64,000 bases of DNA from the NCBI RefSeq assembly GCF_009914755.1, contig NC_060925.1; one strand, given 5' to 3'. The position numbers and the translations under genes were made by a program. The first letter of the stretch is position 1; every line of letters starts with the position of its first letter. Below, in pieces: positions 31,745 to 44,880 of the stretch. Source of the stretch: the human T2T-CHM13v2.0 reference genome, Homo sapiens. The notes beneath the pieces were generated by a model. The model searched no databases. It saw only the letters and a list, made by a program, of their open reading frames with translations, and had not been told where the DNA came from.

Positions 31745-32090
31745 AGCAACATGGATGCAGCTGCAGGCCATTATCCTGAGTGAATTAAAACAGAAACAGA
31801 AAACCAAAGACTGCATGTTCCTACTTACGAATGGGAGCTAAACAATGGATACACATGGCCATAAAGATGGAAACAACAGACACTGGGGACTCCAAAAGGG
31901 AAGAGGGAGAAGGGGGGACAAGGACTGAAAAAGTTCCCGTTGGTGCTGCGTGCACTGTTTGGGTGACGGGTTCAAAAGAAGCCCAAACTCCAGCCTTGCG
32001 CAATATATCCGTGTAACAAACCTACAAATGTAACCCCCTGCATCTAAAATAATAAAATAATTTCTAAAAAACACACAAAAAAGAAAAAGA
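31745..32090 (+). mobile_element. Older L1 (L1PB/L1MA-type) 3' end, host of the L1PA4/5 insertion
   Basis: gcaacatggatgcagctgcaggccattatcctgagtgaa...gtaacaaacctacaaatgtaaccccctgcatctaaaataat plus A-rich tail. Confidence 0.8.
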
Positions 32091-32904
32091 CACTAGATTG
32101 TGATTGAGAGTGAGTTGTCCCAGGCCAAATCAGAATGGCCTGGACATTGACCTGAGGGTGGGGCAGGTGAGAATTAGAAATGCTGATGCCTGGAGTACAC
32201 ACAAGCCACCAGCAGTGGCTTGTCATCTTATCTTCAAGTCCTGGGAGGAAGTGCCTTCAGGTGAGTTCTGATTCTGACTTCCTCTTCCTCAGATACAGCA
32301 TGAGGTAGGCAGGTCAGAGCAACTGGAAAAATAAAAATATTAGAAAAGAAAAGTATCTGGACCTGCCAGCCAGGCATGCTCCCACCCCTGGGAAGCTTGG
32401 GGAAGGAGGTGGATACTCTTTCTTCATTTCCCGTCATGGCACATGGGACTCCTCACATGCTGAGCAGGTGGCATGAGAGGTATGGAGTTAGAGTCAGGTA
32501 CAGAGGGAGTTATGGTGGGAATCCTCAGACGCTCAAGTGGGAACTCAACTGCCTTGGAAAAACAAGATGTGCTTATGATGTGTATCATATCCCTGGATTG
32601 GTTTATTTGAAGAAACATGGATGGAAAGTGGACAATCAGTCAGGGATGATAAAGAAATCCAGCACCTCTTACCCACGTGTCCCCTGAAAATCTTACCAAC
32701 ATGAGAATGAATTTGTTGGTGACCATAGAGACATCTATGAAGACATCCAGGACTTGGAAACATAAGAGGAATAAAAAAATCCAGGCTTTCCAGGTGGCAT
32801 AAATGTAACATGGGACTAATTTCTAGCCCAGGTATAGAGAAAACAATAGTAATACGGGTAATGAATGACATTCAATATTCAAATGATATCTGATGATTAA
32901 TCAG

Positions 32905-33612
32905 GCAGATGGTGCAGCAGTTTTCAGAACTTGGTGAAGATTGCTAGGGTTCCAATTCTAATGCAGATACTATAGTGAGTTGAAATATGTCCCTTAGAAA
33001 GCTATGTTAGGATATGTTCCTCACCCCGGTACCTGTGAATGTGGATGTTATTTGAATATAGGGAGTTTGCAGATGTAATTAAGGTGAGGTCATATTAGAT
33101 TAGGGTGGACCCTAAATCCAATGACCAGGGTCCTTACAAGAAGAGGGAAATTTGGACACAGAGACAGAGGAGACACAGGGCAGAATGCCGTGGGAAGGCA
33201 GCGGGAGCAGACTAGAGTGACGCTGCTGCAAACCCAAGAATGCCAAGGATTGTTGGCAGCAGCCAGAAGCTAGGAGAGATGTGGAATAGATTCTCCCTGA
33301 GAGCCTCTAGAAGGAATCAGCCTTGATTTTTGACTTCTGGCCTCCTGAACTGTGAGAAATGAAATTTCTGTTGTTTTAAGCTATCCGACTTGTAATAATT
33401 GTTACAGCAGCCCTAAGAAATTAATACAGATACTACTGGCTGTGTGACCTTAAGAAAATGCACAGGGGTTACCTCTCTGTTTCTTCATCTGTAAAATGGA
33501 GATAGTAACTGTATCCACTTCATACAGTTGTTGTGAGGATTAGATGAGTTTTTGCCTGTAAAGTGCTTAAGCAGTACCTGACAGATGGTAAACACACAAT
33601 AGATTAGCAAAT
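32905..33612 (+). mobile_element. MIR split by MLT1C
   Basis: gggttccaattcta...|tactggctgtgtgacctt...tcttcatctgtaaaatggagatagtaa. Confidence 0.75.
32971..33428 (+). mobile_element. MLT1C-like MaLR solo LTR, inserted into a MIR
   Basis: ttgcagatgtaattaagg, ggaccctaaatccaatgac, ttctggcctcctgaactgtgaga, ends ttaataca; 5-bp TSD gatac 32966-32970 / 33429-33433. Confidence 0.88.
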
Positions 33613-33874
33613 ATTCTTCTTTGATCACTTCAATTTAGTAAAGATTTTTTTGAGCAACTACTATGCGGCAGACCCTATATGTAAGTTATTTCATTTGATT
33701 CTTGTAACAGTCCTGTGAACCTCTTCTTATCCCATTTTGCAGTTAAGAAAACTAAGGCTCAGAGTATTAACTTGTTTTGAGAAAGCAGACGAGCTGCAAC
33801 CTCGACTGAGCCTTTGGCTCTGTTCTGTCAGGTCTTCTATTCCACAAAATTACAGGCATCTCAATGTATACTGG

Positions 33875-34021
33875 GGAGTGGACAAGGAAGGGTGCGAACC
33901 TTTGTTGATGATTATTTTGCACTGGGAAGATTTTGCCTAATGCCTCTCTGCATATAACACTTGAAGGAAGGTATTTGCTGGCTTGAAAGCAAGAGGATAA
34001 ACGAAAAAAGAGAAGAGGAAG
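33875..34021. repeat. Copy 2 of the ~150-bp direct repeat (core 33897-33969)
   Basis: Direct base-by-base comparison with 30336-30484; offset 3539 bp. Confidence 0.95.
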
Positions 34022-36386
34022 AGGTAATTTTCTAGATGATGCTCCTCCAGCATACACCAGTCAAACTAGTGCCCCTAATATTTGTGGTGTGTTCATTTTC
34101 TCTCTTTTTTCTGGCTCTGGGAGGGAAGTTGTGTCTCTGAGCAAGAATCTTCAGGAAGTCCGAGGGTCCTGAAAAGTGTGGGATGGATGGTTTAAGCCCC
34201 CCAAATGTGAACAAGCTACATGTATGAACTCAGATAACACAGACACACAGAAGAAATAAATTGGCAGCCTGTGTAAATAGATTTGGTTTTTGACGGCCAA
34301 TAGCAGGTGATGGTTATTTTGGAGAAATTATGAGTGTTGGAGAGAGATTAAAGTCTTGAAATATATGAAAGGATTTTTGTGTAGTGGTTTTGTGAGGGAC
34401 ACTAGCCTTTTTTTTTTTTTTTTTTGCCTCCCTGTCAAGTACTGAACAAGAAGAAATTAATTTATCCCAGTATTTGGCATTTAGAAAGTGCTGTGTGGTG
34501 GTTTGTGGTTGATTCAAGTAAAGCAGGGGAGGTTTTAGTGGGACATAAGAAAAAACTTAACAGCTGTGAAATTAAAACATAAATTAACTGCTGATGTAGG
34601 CCATGAGGGTGCCTTAGCTAGACTTTCAGAAGATAAAGATGCATTTGTCTGGCTCTCGCTAGGTCTTAAAACCTCAATTGGTTGCTTATTCGTTACTCTA
34701 GGCACACAGTAGATCTTTGTAACAATAAGTTAGACATTTGTATAATTTTATTCATTGAAGAAACCTTAGGAATCAGCTCTTATATTTGCATTTCTCTGCC
34801 TGCAGTTGAAGTGATGAGCTTGACTGTCTCTCGAGGTCTCTCCCAGCCCTGGAATCCCAGGCTTCCTTCCAGACTGTGCTGCGATGAAGCAGATCTGTGA
34901 TATACATCCCAGTCATGGTGACAAGGGGCGACTTGACAGTGTGGCCCCACACTTCAGGTGTCTGTGGAAGTCAGGCTGTGAAGTAAGGAGACCAGTTCCA
35001 TGAGGGATTTCAGGCACCATTTCATGAGTTTATTACCCTTCTTTTTTGCCAAATAGCCCTGAGGAAGGTAGTCATCAAATCGAGAATGGCTAAAATGAGG
35101 AATGAAGAAGATGGAAATTACAATAACTTCAAATAAAAGCAAGCCAGCTGATGTGATTAAAAAGCCCTGTATATACAGTGGGGGGAAAATGATAATCAGA
35201 CCAAAGCAGTCATAAGAGAGAACAGTGATCAAGATGGGAGACAATGTTATATAAAGATTAAATTAAAAATAAATAAGATAGATGAGGAAAAGAATGAGTA
35301 ACAGCTGCGACAGGAGTGTGAAACTGTGTTCATGCTGCAGGGCTGGTTGAGAAGAGAAAAAGACACACCAGTAGGCAGGCAGCATGCTGGGGATAGGAGT
35401 AAGGGGTGCATTCTTCCTATAGTGTCTGGTGGTGTTCTATCAGTGAAGCATTTGGAGACTCTCGTCAACCCACCACCCCTTCTGATATTTTCCCCAGTCC
35501 CTCTAAGGATAACACATTGGGCCCCCCAGAATCACATGGGCTGGGACGCTTAGGGAACCCTTCTTCCCGAGACCAGGAGTCATGCTGGATTTCCCAGGAC
35601 CATGCCTTCACAGTTAGGCCTCATTTATCTGGTCTTGAGCAGCAGGTTGATTCTGTTTTCCGACTTCTGCATGTGTCACATTGTGCTTCTTACTTTCCCA
35701 GAGGTTTTCCTTAAGAATACCACTTGATTTTGTCTCCACCATCTTCAGGTGACTTGGTACCTTATCTTTATCAGCTGGTTTCATTTCGCTCTGTGCTGCA
35801 GCATGTCTTTTGGGGTTAGGAATGCCCATGCGTTCCAGGACCTCAAGAGAAAAATCTCTATACCACACACTGGAGACTCCCCTAGCCCCACCGAGAGATA
35901 CTGATGTTGGGAGAACAAGAAATATTTCTCTTTGTTTTTCCACTTGACATTTCTAAGTTTGTTTCCACAGTTTTCAAGTATTTGTACAACATTTCATGGG
36001 TTAGAGAATATTTGTGCATCTGTTGTCGCATCTGAACCTTATAATCACCCTGAAAGATGTTTTTATTATTCTCACTTCAACGATTAAAAAAGAAGAAGGT
36101 TGAGAGAAGGAAAATAATTTGCTCAAGGCCCCTTGGTAGTCTACATCCTCTACCCTAAAGTTCTGTTTTGGGCTATGGCAGGAGAGAATTGCGTGGCAGG
36201 TCCTGGGCTTGCTGGGAGAGACCCAGTGGATCTTGAGCAGGAGGCGAGGAACATGGATGTAGACTCAGGAAACCTTGCAGGTGACTGGAGACCTTTCACA
36301 GCCTCTGCAGTCCTAAAGTCAGCAGGCAGTCCCCATGGAGATGAGGGGCATTAGAGGTAGAATGCTAATACCTGGGGGAATATGGC

Positions 36387-36810
36387 TGTGTTAGGATTCT
36401 CCAGTGAAACAGAACCAATAGGATATATGTGTGGGTGTGCATGCTTACACATATTACATGTGTTTATGTATAGGTACACGTACTTAATATATACAGGCAC
36501 ATATAAGAAATAGTTAAGGAATTGGCTCACATGATTATGGAGGCTGAGAAGTTCCAAGATCTGCAATTGGGAAGGTGGAGACCCAGGAATGCTAATATAT
36601 GGTTCCAGTCTGAGTCTGAAGACCTGAGAACCAGGAAAGCTGATGGTGTGAGTTTCAGTCTGCACATTGGCAGGCTTGAGACCCAAGAAGAGTCTGACCT
36701 GGCTGGAAAAGACCAATGTCCCAGCTCAAAGCAATCAGGCAGGAGGCATTCCCTCTTACTCAACCTGTTTGTTCTATTCAGGTGTTCAGTTGGATTATTG
36801 GATGAGGCCA
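36387..36810 (-). mobile_element. MLT2 (ERVL) LTR fragment
   Basis: ttctccagtgaaacagaaccaataggatat, ggaattggctcacatgattatggaggctgagaagt. Confidence 0.82.
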
Positions 36811-37149
36811 GGGATGATGACAGAGTAAGATGAGGTCTCATGGCCAGAGACTGAAAGAGGGAATAAAGGATGAGAACTTGAAGACAACATAATTGATTCT
36901 AGTCAGGCCCCAAAAATGTGAGATCATGAAGAAAAATCATGTGACTGCCCAGATTTTCATAAAATGCTTCTTGAAAAGTATACAATATGGAAAGCAGAGC
37001 TTAAAAACAAGTATGAGTGCAAAGGAACAACAATTACTGAGAGAACTGAAACCCTGAATGCATTAGGCTTATGGAAAAGGCTGAAGATGAGAGAAAAAGG
37101 GGTGTGAAGGAAGAGAGAGTTGGCACATGGCAAGGGGAAAATCTCAATC

Positions 37150-38900
37150 CCATTTTTCTAACTGTCTTGGTTTTTTTCTTCTCAAGTAGAGAACTGATCT
37201 TCAAATTAGAAACACTAGAACATATGTAATTTTAAAAAACCGAAGTTCAAAACCAAGAGGAAAAAGGAAGGTATTCCTCACTACCATGTGTCCAGGCCTG
37301 AATCACTGGCTTCTGGGTTCCTGAAAAATATGATTGCAAAATAGTGATTGGTCATCTTTTGCAAAATCATGAGGGATGGAGAAGAAACAAAAAGATTGCA
37401 AAAATAAAATATTGCAGTTTTTAGAAAGGGGGCAAAGCTGCATCAGGAATTACCAACTAGTGAATTTGTCATTGCTCCTGGGCAGAATTCTAGAAGAGAT
37501 CATTAAGCAGATGGTCTGTGAGAACTTGGAAAAGGAAATCATGATCACTGAGAGCTAGTCCTAAAAAACCAGTTACCCAAGTATGTTCAGGAAATCTGCC
37601 TTACAGCTGTTGCGCAAATTAGCTTTGAGCATTTGAGTAGACTACAGTGTGAACCAGCAATGAGATGTTATAACAGAAGAAAAAAAACATGATCAGAGAT
37701 GCTTTGCTAAAAATTCAGTTCTAGGGCATAGAAAATATTTATCCAAATATACTCTGTGCTGTTCAGATCCCTCACAAATGAGTTCAGTTCTGTGAGCTGC
37801 ATTTTAAGATAGTCACTGGCAAGTTGGAATATGTACGGAAAAAGTTAAGAGAAGATGGAACTCATATTTATTGAGCAAGCAACTTAACATGTGTTGGGCA
37901 TTGTGTAAAATGTGGTATGTGTGTTTTAATGCTTAAAACAATACCATGAAGAAGTCATTAATATGCCTATTTTAGATGAGGAAATGAAGGATTATGTAAC
38001 TGAGTTTTTTGCCTCAGGCCAGCAGCTAGAAGATGGCAAAGCTAAGACTTGAACCTGGATCTTTCTCATCCCCAAGCCCATGCTCTTTCCACAGTGCAAA
38101 CCTGCCAGAGAAATAAGGGACTTGGAAAATGAGCCAACTGAGAAACTGTTGAAGGAAGAAGTAATTCACTTTAAAAATGAAAGGAGTGCAGAGGAGTCGG
38201 AGAGTGGGGAGGGCATCAGGAAGAATAGCTAATGCATGCTGGGATTAATACCTAGGTGATGGGTTGATAGGTTCAGCAAATCACCATGGCACACATTTAC
38301 CTATGTAACAAACCCGTCCATCCTGCACATGTACCCCGGAACTTAAAATAAACTTAAGAAAGGAGTAAATATAAACATGATATTGTTTCCATATATTAAA
38401 ATGTTGGCCATTTGGAAGAGGAGTAGCCTTGTTCTCTGAGATCCCTAAGGATGGAACTAGAGCAGTAGTGTGGCAGTAATTAGAGCAGTTCACATTTATT
38501 AACCATTTGCTGTAAGCTGACCCCTCTGCACATACTCATTCTTTAAACCTTACTAGCATGAGTGAGGTACAGCACAATGATCATACCTGTTTCACAGGTG
38601 AAGAACAAGAAGGGGGTTGAGATAATGACCAGGGTGTCCCAGCTAGTAAGTGGCAAAGCTTGGGCTGAAATCCAGGTCTGTCCCCCTCAGGGCCAGTGTT
38701 CTCAGCCATTTTCCTCCACTGCATTCCTGTTGGCAGAATTCCAGTCAACATGAGGGAAAATTTCCTGGTAACTAGAACCTCTTAAAAAGGGATCAGATAC
38801 TTTGTTAGAGAGTGAATTGCCTATCAGTGATGAATCCTGACAGACAGAGATGCTGGCTTGTATCCAGGCCTTATGACCCCATAGGTTTCTTTCTACTCTA
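37150..38900 (+). mobile_element. CR1/L3 LINE remnant (RT region), interrupted by MIRs and L1PA
   Basis: ORF 37376..37558 RNYQLVNLSLLLGRILEEIIKQMVCENLEK resembles the CR1 RT motif NYRPVSLTS.PGKI.E.IIK. Confidence 0.68.
38188..38357 (+). mobile_element. Short L1PA8-11-like 3' end
   Basis: gcatcaggaagaatagctaatgcatgctggg...gtaccccggaacttaaaataaa; TSD gaaaggagt 38179-38187 / 38358-38366. Confidence 0.85.
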
Positions 38901-39226
38901 AATTGTTGTTGCTGCTGTTGTTGTTGTTTTTCTATGATCTTAAGAGAAGCGAGTTTACCTATAGATGAATAGTTTGAGAAGGGGGGTATTGGTGGTGAAT
39001 CTAGTTGTTTTTAAAATCACGTTGTCAACCTAAATTCCAGCATGATGATAAACCCAAAATCCAGTTTCTTCCAGATAATGTTTTTCTTTCAGTCATTTAT
39101 GGTAAGTCTGTGGACATATGATGAATCTGCAGAAAGGTTTATTACTGTGTAAAAGCATAACAGTTCTGTTAGTAAGTAAAAATTATAATGCTATACATAT
39201 TTTGAAATAAAAGTAAGAAATTTTAG

Positions 39227-39368
39227 GGCCAGCTGTGGTGGCTTACACCTATAATCCCAGCTACTCAGGAGGCTGAAGCACAAGTATCACTTGAACCTGG
39301 GAGGCAGAGGTTGCAGTGAGCCAAGATTTCACCAAGAAAAAAAGAGAGAGAGAGAGAGAGAGAGAAAA
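39227..39368 (+). mobile_element. Alu monomer (right-arm-like, 3'-truncated) with (GA)n tail
   Basis: ggccagctgtggtggcttacacctataatcccagctactcaggaggctga...gcagtgagccaagat then A/(GA)n; aagaaattt on both sides. Confidence 0.8.
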
Positions 39369-40279
39369 GAAATTTAAAGGAGAAGAAGTTTTAGGAAAGT
39401 TGAAGGGGGAATAAAACCTTATTAACATTATATGAACTACTTTGGTATCCTACTCTTTATAATTATAGTGAAAGTTGGGAAAATTGACTAAGGTACTTTT
39501 TGGAAGCAGGATTATCAGAACTAGGCTAGACTGACTTAAGGGTAAAGATGAAGAAGGAAAGAAAAAGGGAAATCTTTCCTATTCTCTTGAGCACTCACCT
39601 TCCTCTACTCTCCCCCAATTTCTACCACCCCCACAATCACAGTGCTTAAGAAAACCAAGTAATGGAGAAATAAGGGTTCTTGGAATGTATTTCTTGATCT
39701 GGAAATTTGGACCCAAGAGACATTAATTTGCGGATTTATTAGTTTGTTGATGAATGAGGTCGCATGGAAAAACTTTCTGCCTCTTGGTTATGTTGGTGGA
39801 AACTTTTCTAAGCTTTAACTAGCTGACTTTTTGGTTAGCTAGAGATTATTTACTTTTAATAACAACACGCTAAGTTTCTGAAATCAGATATAGCAGAGCA
39901 GTCTCCAGAGAGCTGTGGTCCAAAGGCAGTGGCTGCATCCATGTACAGTTCTCATCAGATTTTCTGAAAAGATGCTTTATCTGTTAAGGTTAAGTTAACC
40001 TTGGCTTACTGCCGTTCCTCTGTTCCTTCCACATCTCTGTGTCTTGTGGGCATGCCAGTTTGCATTCAAATCTGCTGTATCAGTTTTAAATCCAGTTCTC
40101 AGTCCTTAGGGTATTACATAAGAATAAGTTAACTAAAGAATCCAAGAAGTTTTACGTATGATGCTGAACTAACTGGATCTGACTTCCTTGGGGAAAATGA
40201 ATAGCCAGGCAGATCACATTATAGATGAGCATTAATGACAGCTGGAACACCTCCCTCCCTTCTAAGCAGGCAAGGAACC

Positions 40280-41100
40280 TCCCATGTGCCAATCACTGTG
40301 CTGGCACTGGGGATACCAAGATGTGTTCCTTGTTCCTTCAAGGAGCACATGTAAAAACATCATAGTGTGAGATATGTGCTGTGGCAACGTTGAGCCCCAG
40401 GGTATTCAGCAACTCAGACTGCTGAAGAAAAGGGAGGGGAAGGCTGCTCTGAACCAAGTCTTGGCGGCCATCAAAGGTGTTCACAGCAGTTGCAGAATTG
40501 GGAAGATGCACACACCTAGTTCTGCAGGCCTGTGTAGGTCAGGACTCTGGAGAGAGATGACTGCAGAAAGGTAGGTACACCATGCTAAGGAGTTTGGACT
40601 TTATCCTAAAAGCAGTAGGAAGCCTTTGGATGGCTTTAAGAGGAAAATGATGGGATGTAATTTGTCTTTTTTAAAAATAACACTTTGCTGGCAATGTAGA
40701 GAATGGGTTGACAATAGGTGAGTTAGGAAGCAGAGCAGCACACTGTTTACAGGATGTTGTAAAAATCCAGGTGAAAAATGAGAACTCTAGATGATCAATA
40801 GCTTGGAGTTGAAGAGAAAAACATAAATCAGAGACATATTAGGGAGCGAGTCTGCAAGGAACTTGCTCCTGAGTGATGGCTATTGGGGAACAATGGAGGA
40901 AGCTGTTGAGAATGACACCTGGGTTTCTGGCTTGAGTAGGTATGGTGTCCCCTTATCAAGATAGGACATGGAGAATTATGGGGAATATGATGAATTCACT
41001 CGGGGGTATGAGGAATTTGAGAAGCTTGAGAACCATTCAGGAGGAGATGTCCAGGAAGGTTGGCTGAATGGGCCTGGAACTCAGGCAGGAGATGCTGAGA
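40280..41100 (-). mobile_element. L2 remnant
   Basis: cactgtgctggcactggggatac, aggagtttggactttatcctaa, gggtttctggcttgagta, ggagatgtccagg. Confidence 0.7.
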
Positions 41101-41799
41101 TACAATTGTAGATTTGTCCCTTTGATGTTAGGAAGACAGTTTGACATCATTAGAAGGATAGGGGACTGGAAACCACACTAAACAGCCTCTATTTCAGAAC
41201 CATTTAGAGATGATAGACATGTGAGATGTACTGAAATGCCTGCTAGCTGAGTGTAGCAGAGAAACTACAGTCCCCAAGGTGAACTTGGGTTTTTTCACAG
41301 TGTTGTTTTCCTCTCTGTGCCCACCTTTCTTTTGGACTTTCCTCCCAGGCTTCTTGGGGTCCTGTGGCAAGAATCTCAGTTACTAGGCTGTTTAGAGGCT
41401 ATATCAGTAAGGGGATGTAAGATGGCATTTTACTAACTATTCTACCTCCTCAATAACTCTTGGAAGGGTTACTATTAGTAGTCCCATTGTACAGATAACA
41501 AAACTGAGCCTCTGAGGGGTGACATAACTTATTTTTTAGTAAGTGGCAAAGTCGTAGATGAAGTTGTAGACTCTCAATCCCATTCTCTTTCTTCTATACA
41601 GCACAGACCTACACTAAAACAAATCAGGCCTGTTAACTCCTTGAATGAAAGCCATCAGTGTTGTTAGTGGTGAAAAATGTTTTGCAGAAATGATGTGGCC
41701 TCTTAGGTGCTACCAAGAGCAATACACTCCTTGGACTGCCCAAAACTAATTCCACTGATGCACCCGCTCCAACTCCCTGCACCGACCCCACAGCAGTCA

Positions 41800-42478
41800 G
41801 ACCTGGAGGCCCTGGGGGGGCCCTGTCCTAAGCCATCTTAAGATGCAGCCTCTAGGGCCTTGCTTATAATTTTCCCCCTTTCTCCAGCCTCCCCTTGTTC
41901 CTACCTCTGCCCACCCCAAGCAGCCAGAATGATCCTTTAGTTTAAAGCATAAGCAAGTCAGTCCTCTGCTTAAAAGCCGATGGCTTCTCATCTCACGTAG
42001 AATATAAGCCACGACCTTCAAAGCCTTCTACATTTTGGCCTCTGGCTGCATCTATGACCTTGTTGCTGACCATACTCCACTTGAACCACACTCCGTTGAG
42101 CCTCCCTGGGTGTTCCTTGAATGCTTTTAATACCTTCTGAACACTGCAGGGCTTGTAAACTTGCTATTCCCACTTCCTGCCATGGTTTGGCCCAGGTGTC
42201 TCAGTGACTGTCTCCCTTACCCCATTCAGATCTCAGCCTCTCAGTGTGACCTCCCTGGCTACCCTGTCTAAAATAGCCCCCATCATGCTCCATCCCTTAG
42301 TCTGCCTTATTTTTCTTCATAGCACTTATTTTATATTTGCTTATTTGCATTGTCTACGTGTAAGCTCCATGAGTTCAGGGGCTTTTTCTGTCCTGTTCCT
42401 GTTGTGTCCCTGGCTGCTGGGATAGTGCCTGGCCCACAGTGTGCACTCAGTGGCATTGGTTGAATCATGGAATGAACA
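41800..42478 (+). mobile_element. L2 3' remnant
   Basis: cagccagaatgatccttt, gtaagctccatgag, atagtgcctggcccacagtgtgcactcag. Confidence 0.7.
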
Positions 42479-42997
42479 CATGGATGCTGTGGTCCAGGCA
42501 GAGAGGGGACAGAGAGTGGGATCACTATCACCAAAGGAACTAAGAGTATCTTAGTCCCTCCCAATGTGGTAAACATTGCTGGTTCCCTAAGTTTCTGCAT
42601 TTGGGGATAATTGTAAACAGGCATCAGAAAACGTGTATGCATCTCTCTGGGTAAGAAGCAGGTTTGTTGCTCTGATAAGGATGGGAATGATTTTTCCTTC
42701 TAACATACAAGTTACAGGGACAGATTTGCCACCTCAGGAGATGGTTAACAATAGTGTCGGTTCCATGTCCTACCCCTGCCCCCTCTACCAAATCTGAAAG
42801 TCACAGTGTTAGTGTTTGTGGAATCTGTTGAAAGTGCCTCCTGCATTGTGACTTTTTGATCCTGAAGGAAGAAGACTTTCTGTAATAACTTGGCTCTCAT
42901 GAGCTGTGCTTCAGAGTGTCCTTAAACAGAGCTTTCCTGGTTGGAGATTTGAACCTAAGGCCATTTTCAGTGCATTTTTCTGTTGTTCTTCCTTTAG

Positions 42998-43106
42998 GAT
43001 CTTCTATGTCTCTCATGATTCCCAAGACTTGAAGATCTTCAGCTATATCGCTCGAGATGGTGCCAGCAATATCTTCAGGTGTAACGTCTTTAAATCCAAG
43101 AAGAAG
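42998..43106 (+). CDS. NOS1AP: NOS1AP coding exon: (R)[36 protein letters not shown]
   Basis: Pyrimidine tract ttgttcttcctttag|G, donor AAG|gtaaga; 109 nt (1 nt + 36 codons); lies within ORF 42906..43268; PTB-domain sequence of CAPON. Confidence 0.97.
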
Positions 43107-43737
43107 GTAAAGAGGCGGTTGCCGTCCATCTGCTATTTTCCTCTAATGGTTCCAAAGCACCCCCAACATTGGCCCGTCTCCCTGTTGAAGACAGCTGTGG
43201 TAATGCCGACATGGGGCAACTATCTCAGTCGTCTGTCATTGCTCCTATATAATGGAATTCTCTTTTAGCATCATCTGAACTTTGTACTTAGTTACATACA
43301 GATAAATGCAAAGGGATTGACCGTTGACTACGTGCTCTGGGATGAGAGCAGTTAAACAGCACCGGGAGTGATGCTAACCTTAGCCTTGGGGTAGGAAAAA
43401 AGCATTGTCATTTACTAAGGAGACCCTTCATCACAATTCTGTATATTGATTAGGGGGCTACAAAATATGAATACACATGGAGTCTGGTTTAGACTCAGTG
43501 TGTGATATTGGTTATCCTGGGTGATTATTTGTTATGGCAACCTTGATACTCAAGTAAATGCAACTTTGAGGATTCTGAAGAGGCATTCTTTATGTTAATG
43601 TCATTCCCCCAGGAGTCTAACACACACAACTGGGGTTTTAGAAGCCTAGAATCTAGCCCTGCCTCTCACTGGAACCCTGAGTGACGTTATGTAGGTCCCA
43701 GCGTTCTCATCTATAAAATGAAAAGAATCGTCAAAAT

Positions 43738-43958
43738 CAGCATTTCCTAAATGTGTTCTGTAAAACATTTATCAGCCAAAATGTTTCATGTTAAAACTAC
43801 CTGATTTAAGTTGCTGAGAAGGTCTGATGATAAAAAACATGTTGTTTAACCCAGAATTTCCCAAACTAATTTCACAATGGAATCATATTTTTTCCATGTA
43901 ATATGTGTTAATATCCTGGGAACTGTTTTTCTGCAGAAGAGATTTTGGAAAACACTAT
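43738..43958. mobile_element. hAT-Charlie/MER5-like MITE remnant
   Basis: Degenerate TIRs cagcatttcctaaa ... tttggaaaacacta, internal cagaatttcccaaact. Confidence 0.45.
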
Positions 43959-44689
43959 TTGTGCCCCTAAGGACCCTAGTAAGTCCATCATTCTAGAAAC
44001 AAACTACTAAGCCTGGCTTTCTACAAGAGCTTCATTTTATGCATCTTTTGTCTTCAGGCCTCTTTAGCAGATGTTTAGGTACCTTGTCAAGTACCTTGTC
44101 AATAACACATGCCAGGGTCCAGATTTACTGATAGGTGTCCTATTCCCTACCCTAGCTCCACAAAGAGAATTATGCTTTGTTAACTTAGCTTCTTCCTCTA
44201 TGGAGATTTGTGCCCTTAACCACCCTGTTCCAGGCTTTTTAAATGCAAATCATGGAGTTGGATGAAAAGTGCTACAACTGGAAAGATGGCAGGAATAAAA
44301 GAGTAACTTGCCAGACTTCACATCTAGATAATAGTATAGCTGAGAGGGAAAAAACATAAATGAGGCTAAGTCAAGCTGCATTAAAGAACTGATAGAAAGG
44401 GGAATAGGAAGAGGGAGAAAAAGAAAAGCCATAGGCGCTGGAGATGAGAAAGTTTAGAGTTTGGGAAAGTGAAAGGCTCGTATGTGGCCTTGTGTAGGGG
44501 ACCTGGGGAGGAGAGAAAAGGAAATACAAAGTCTCCCTGATGGTCATGAATTGGCTCGTCTGTAAGGTTCTGACAGATGCAACAAAAGACTGGAATTCCC
44601 TTTTAATTCATTTTGAGTATTTGACTGTGCTTCTGACTTTAGTTTCGTACAAAGACTGGACCATGTGGACCTTGGAATTTATTAGAGTT

Positions 44690-44880
44690 ACAAATAACGC
44701 ATTATCATTTGCCAGGTTCTTTAATAGTTAATCTTATTTTATCCTTATAACACGTCTGTAAAGAAGGTAAGACATGTAACTTTCACTTCCCAATTTTACC
44801 GATGAATAAACTGAGGCTCAGAGAGGTTAAATGACTTGCCTGAGTTCTCATGAATAGGCACTGGCTAGAATAGAACCAGG
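44690..44880 (-). mobile_element. MIR
   Basis: aactgaggctcagagaggttaaatgacttgcc core. Confidence 0.75.

Noticed and set aside
42906-43268. Full 120-aa ORF (and 53673..54044) as complete CDS
   Set aside because: Only the splice-bounded portions match NOS1AP; the flanks are intron read-through
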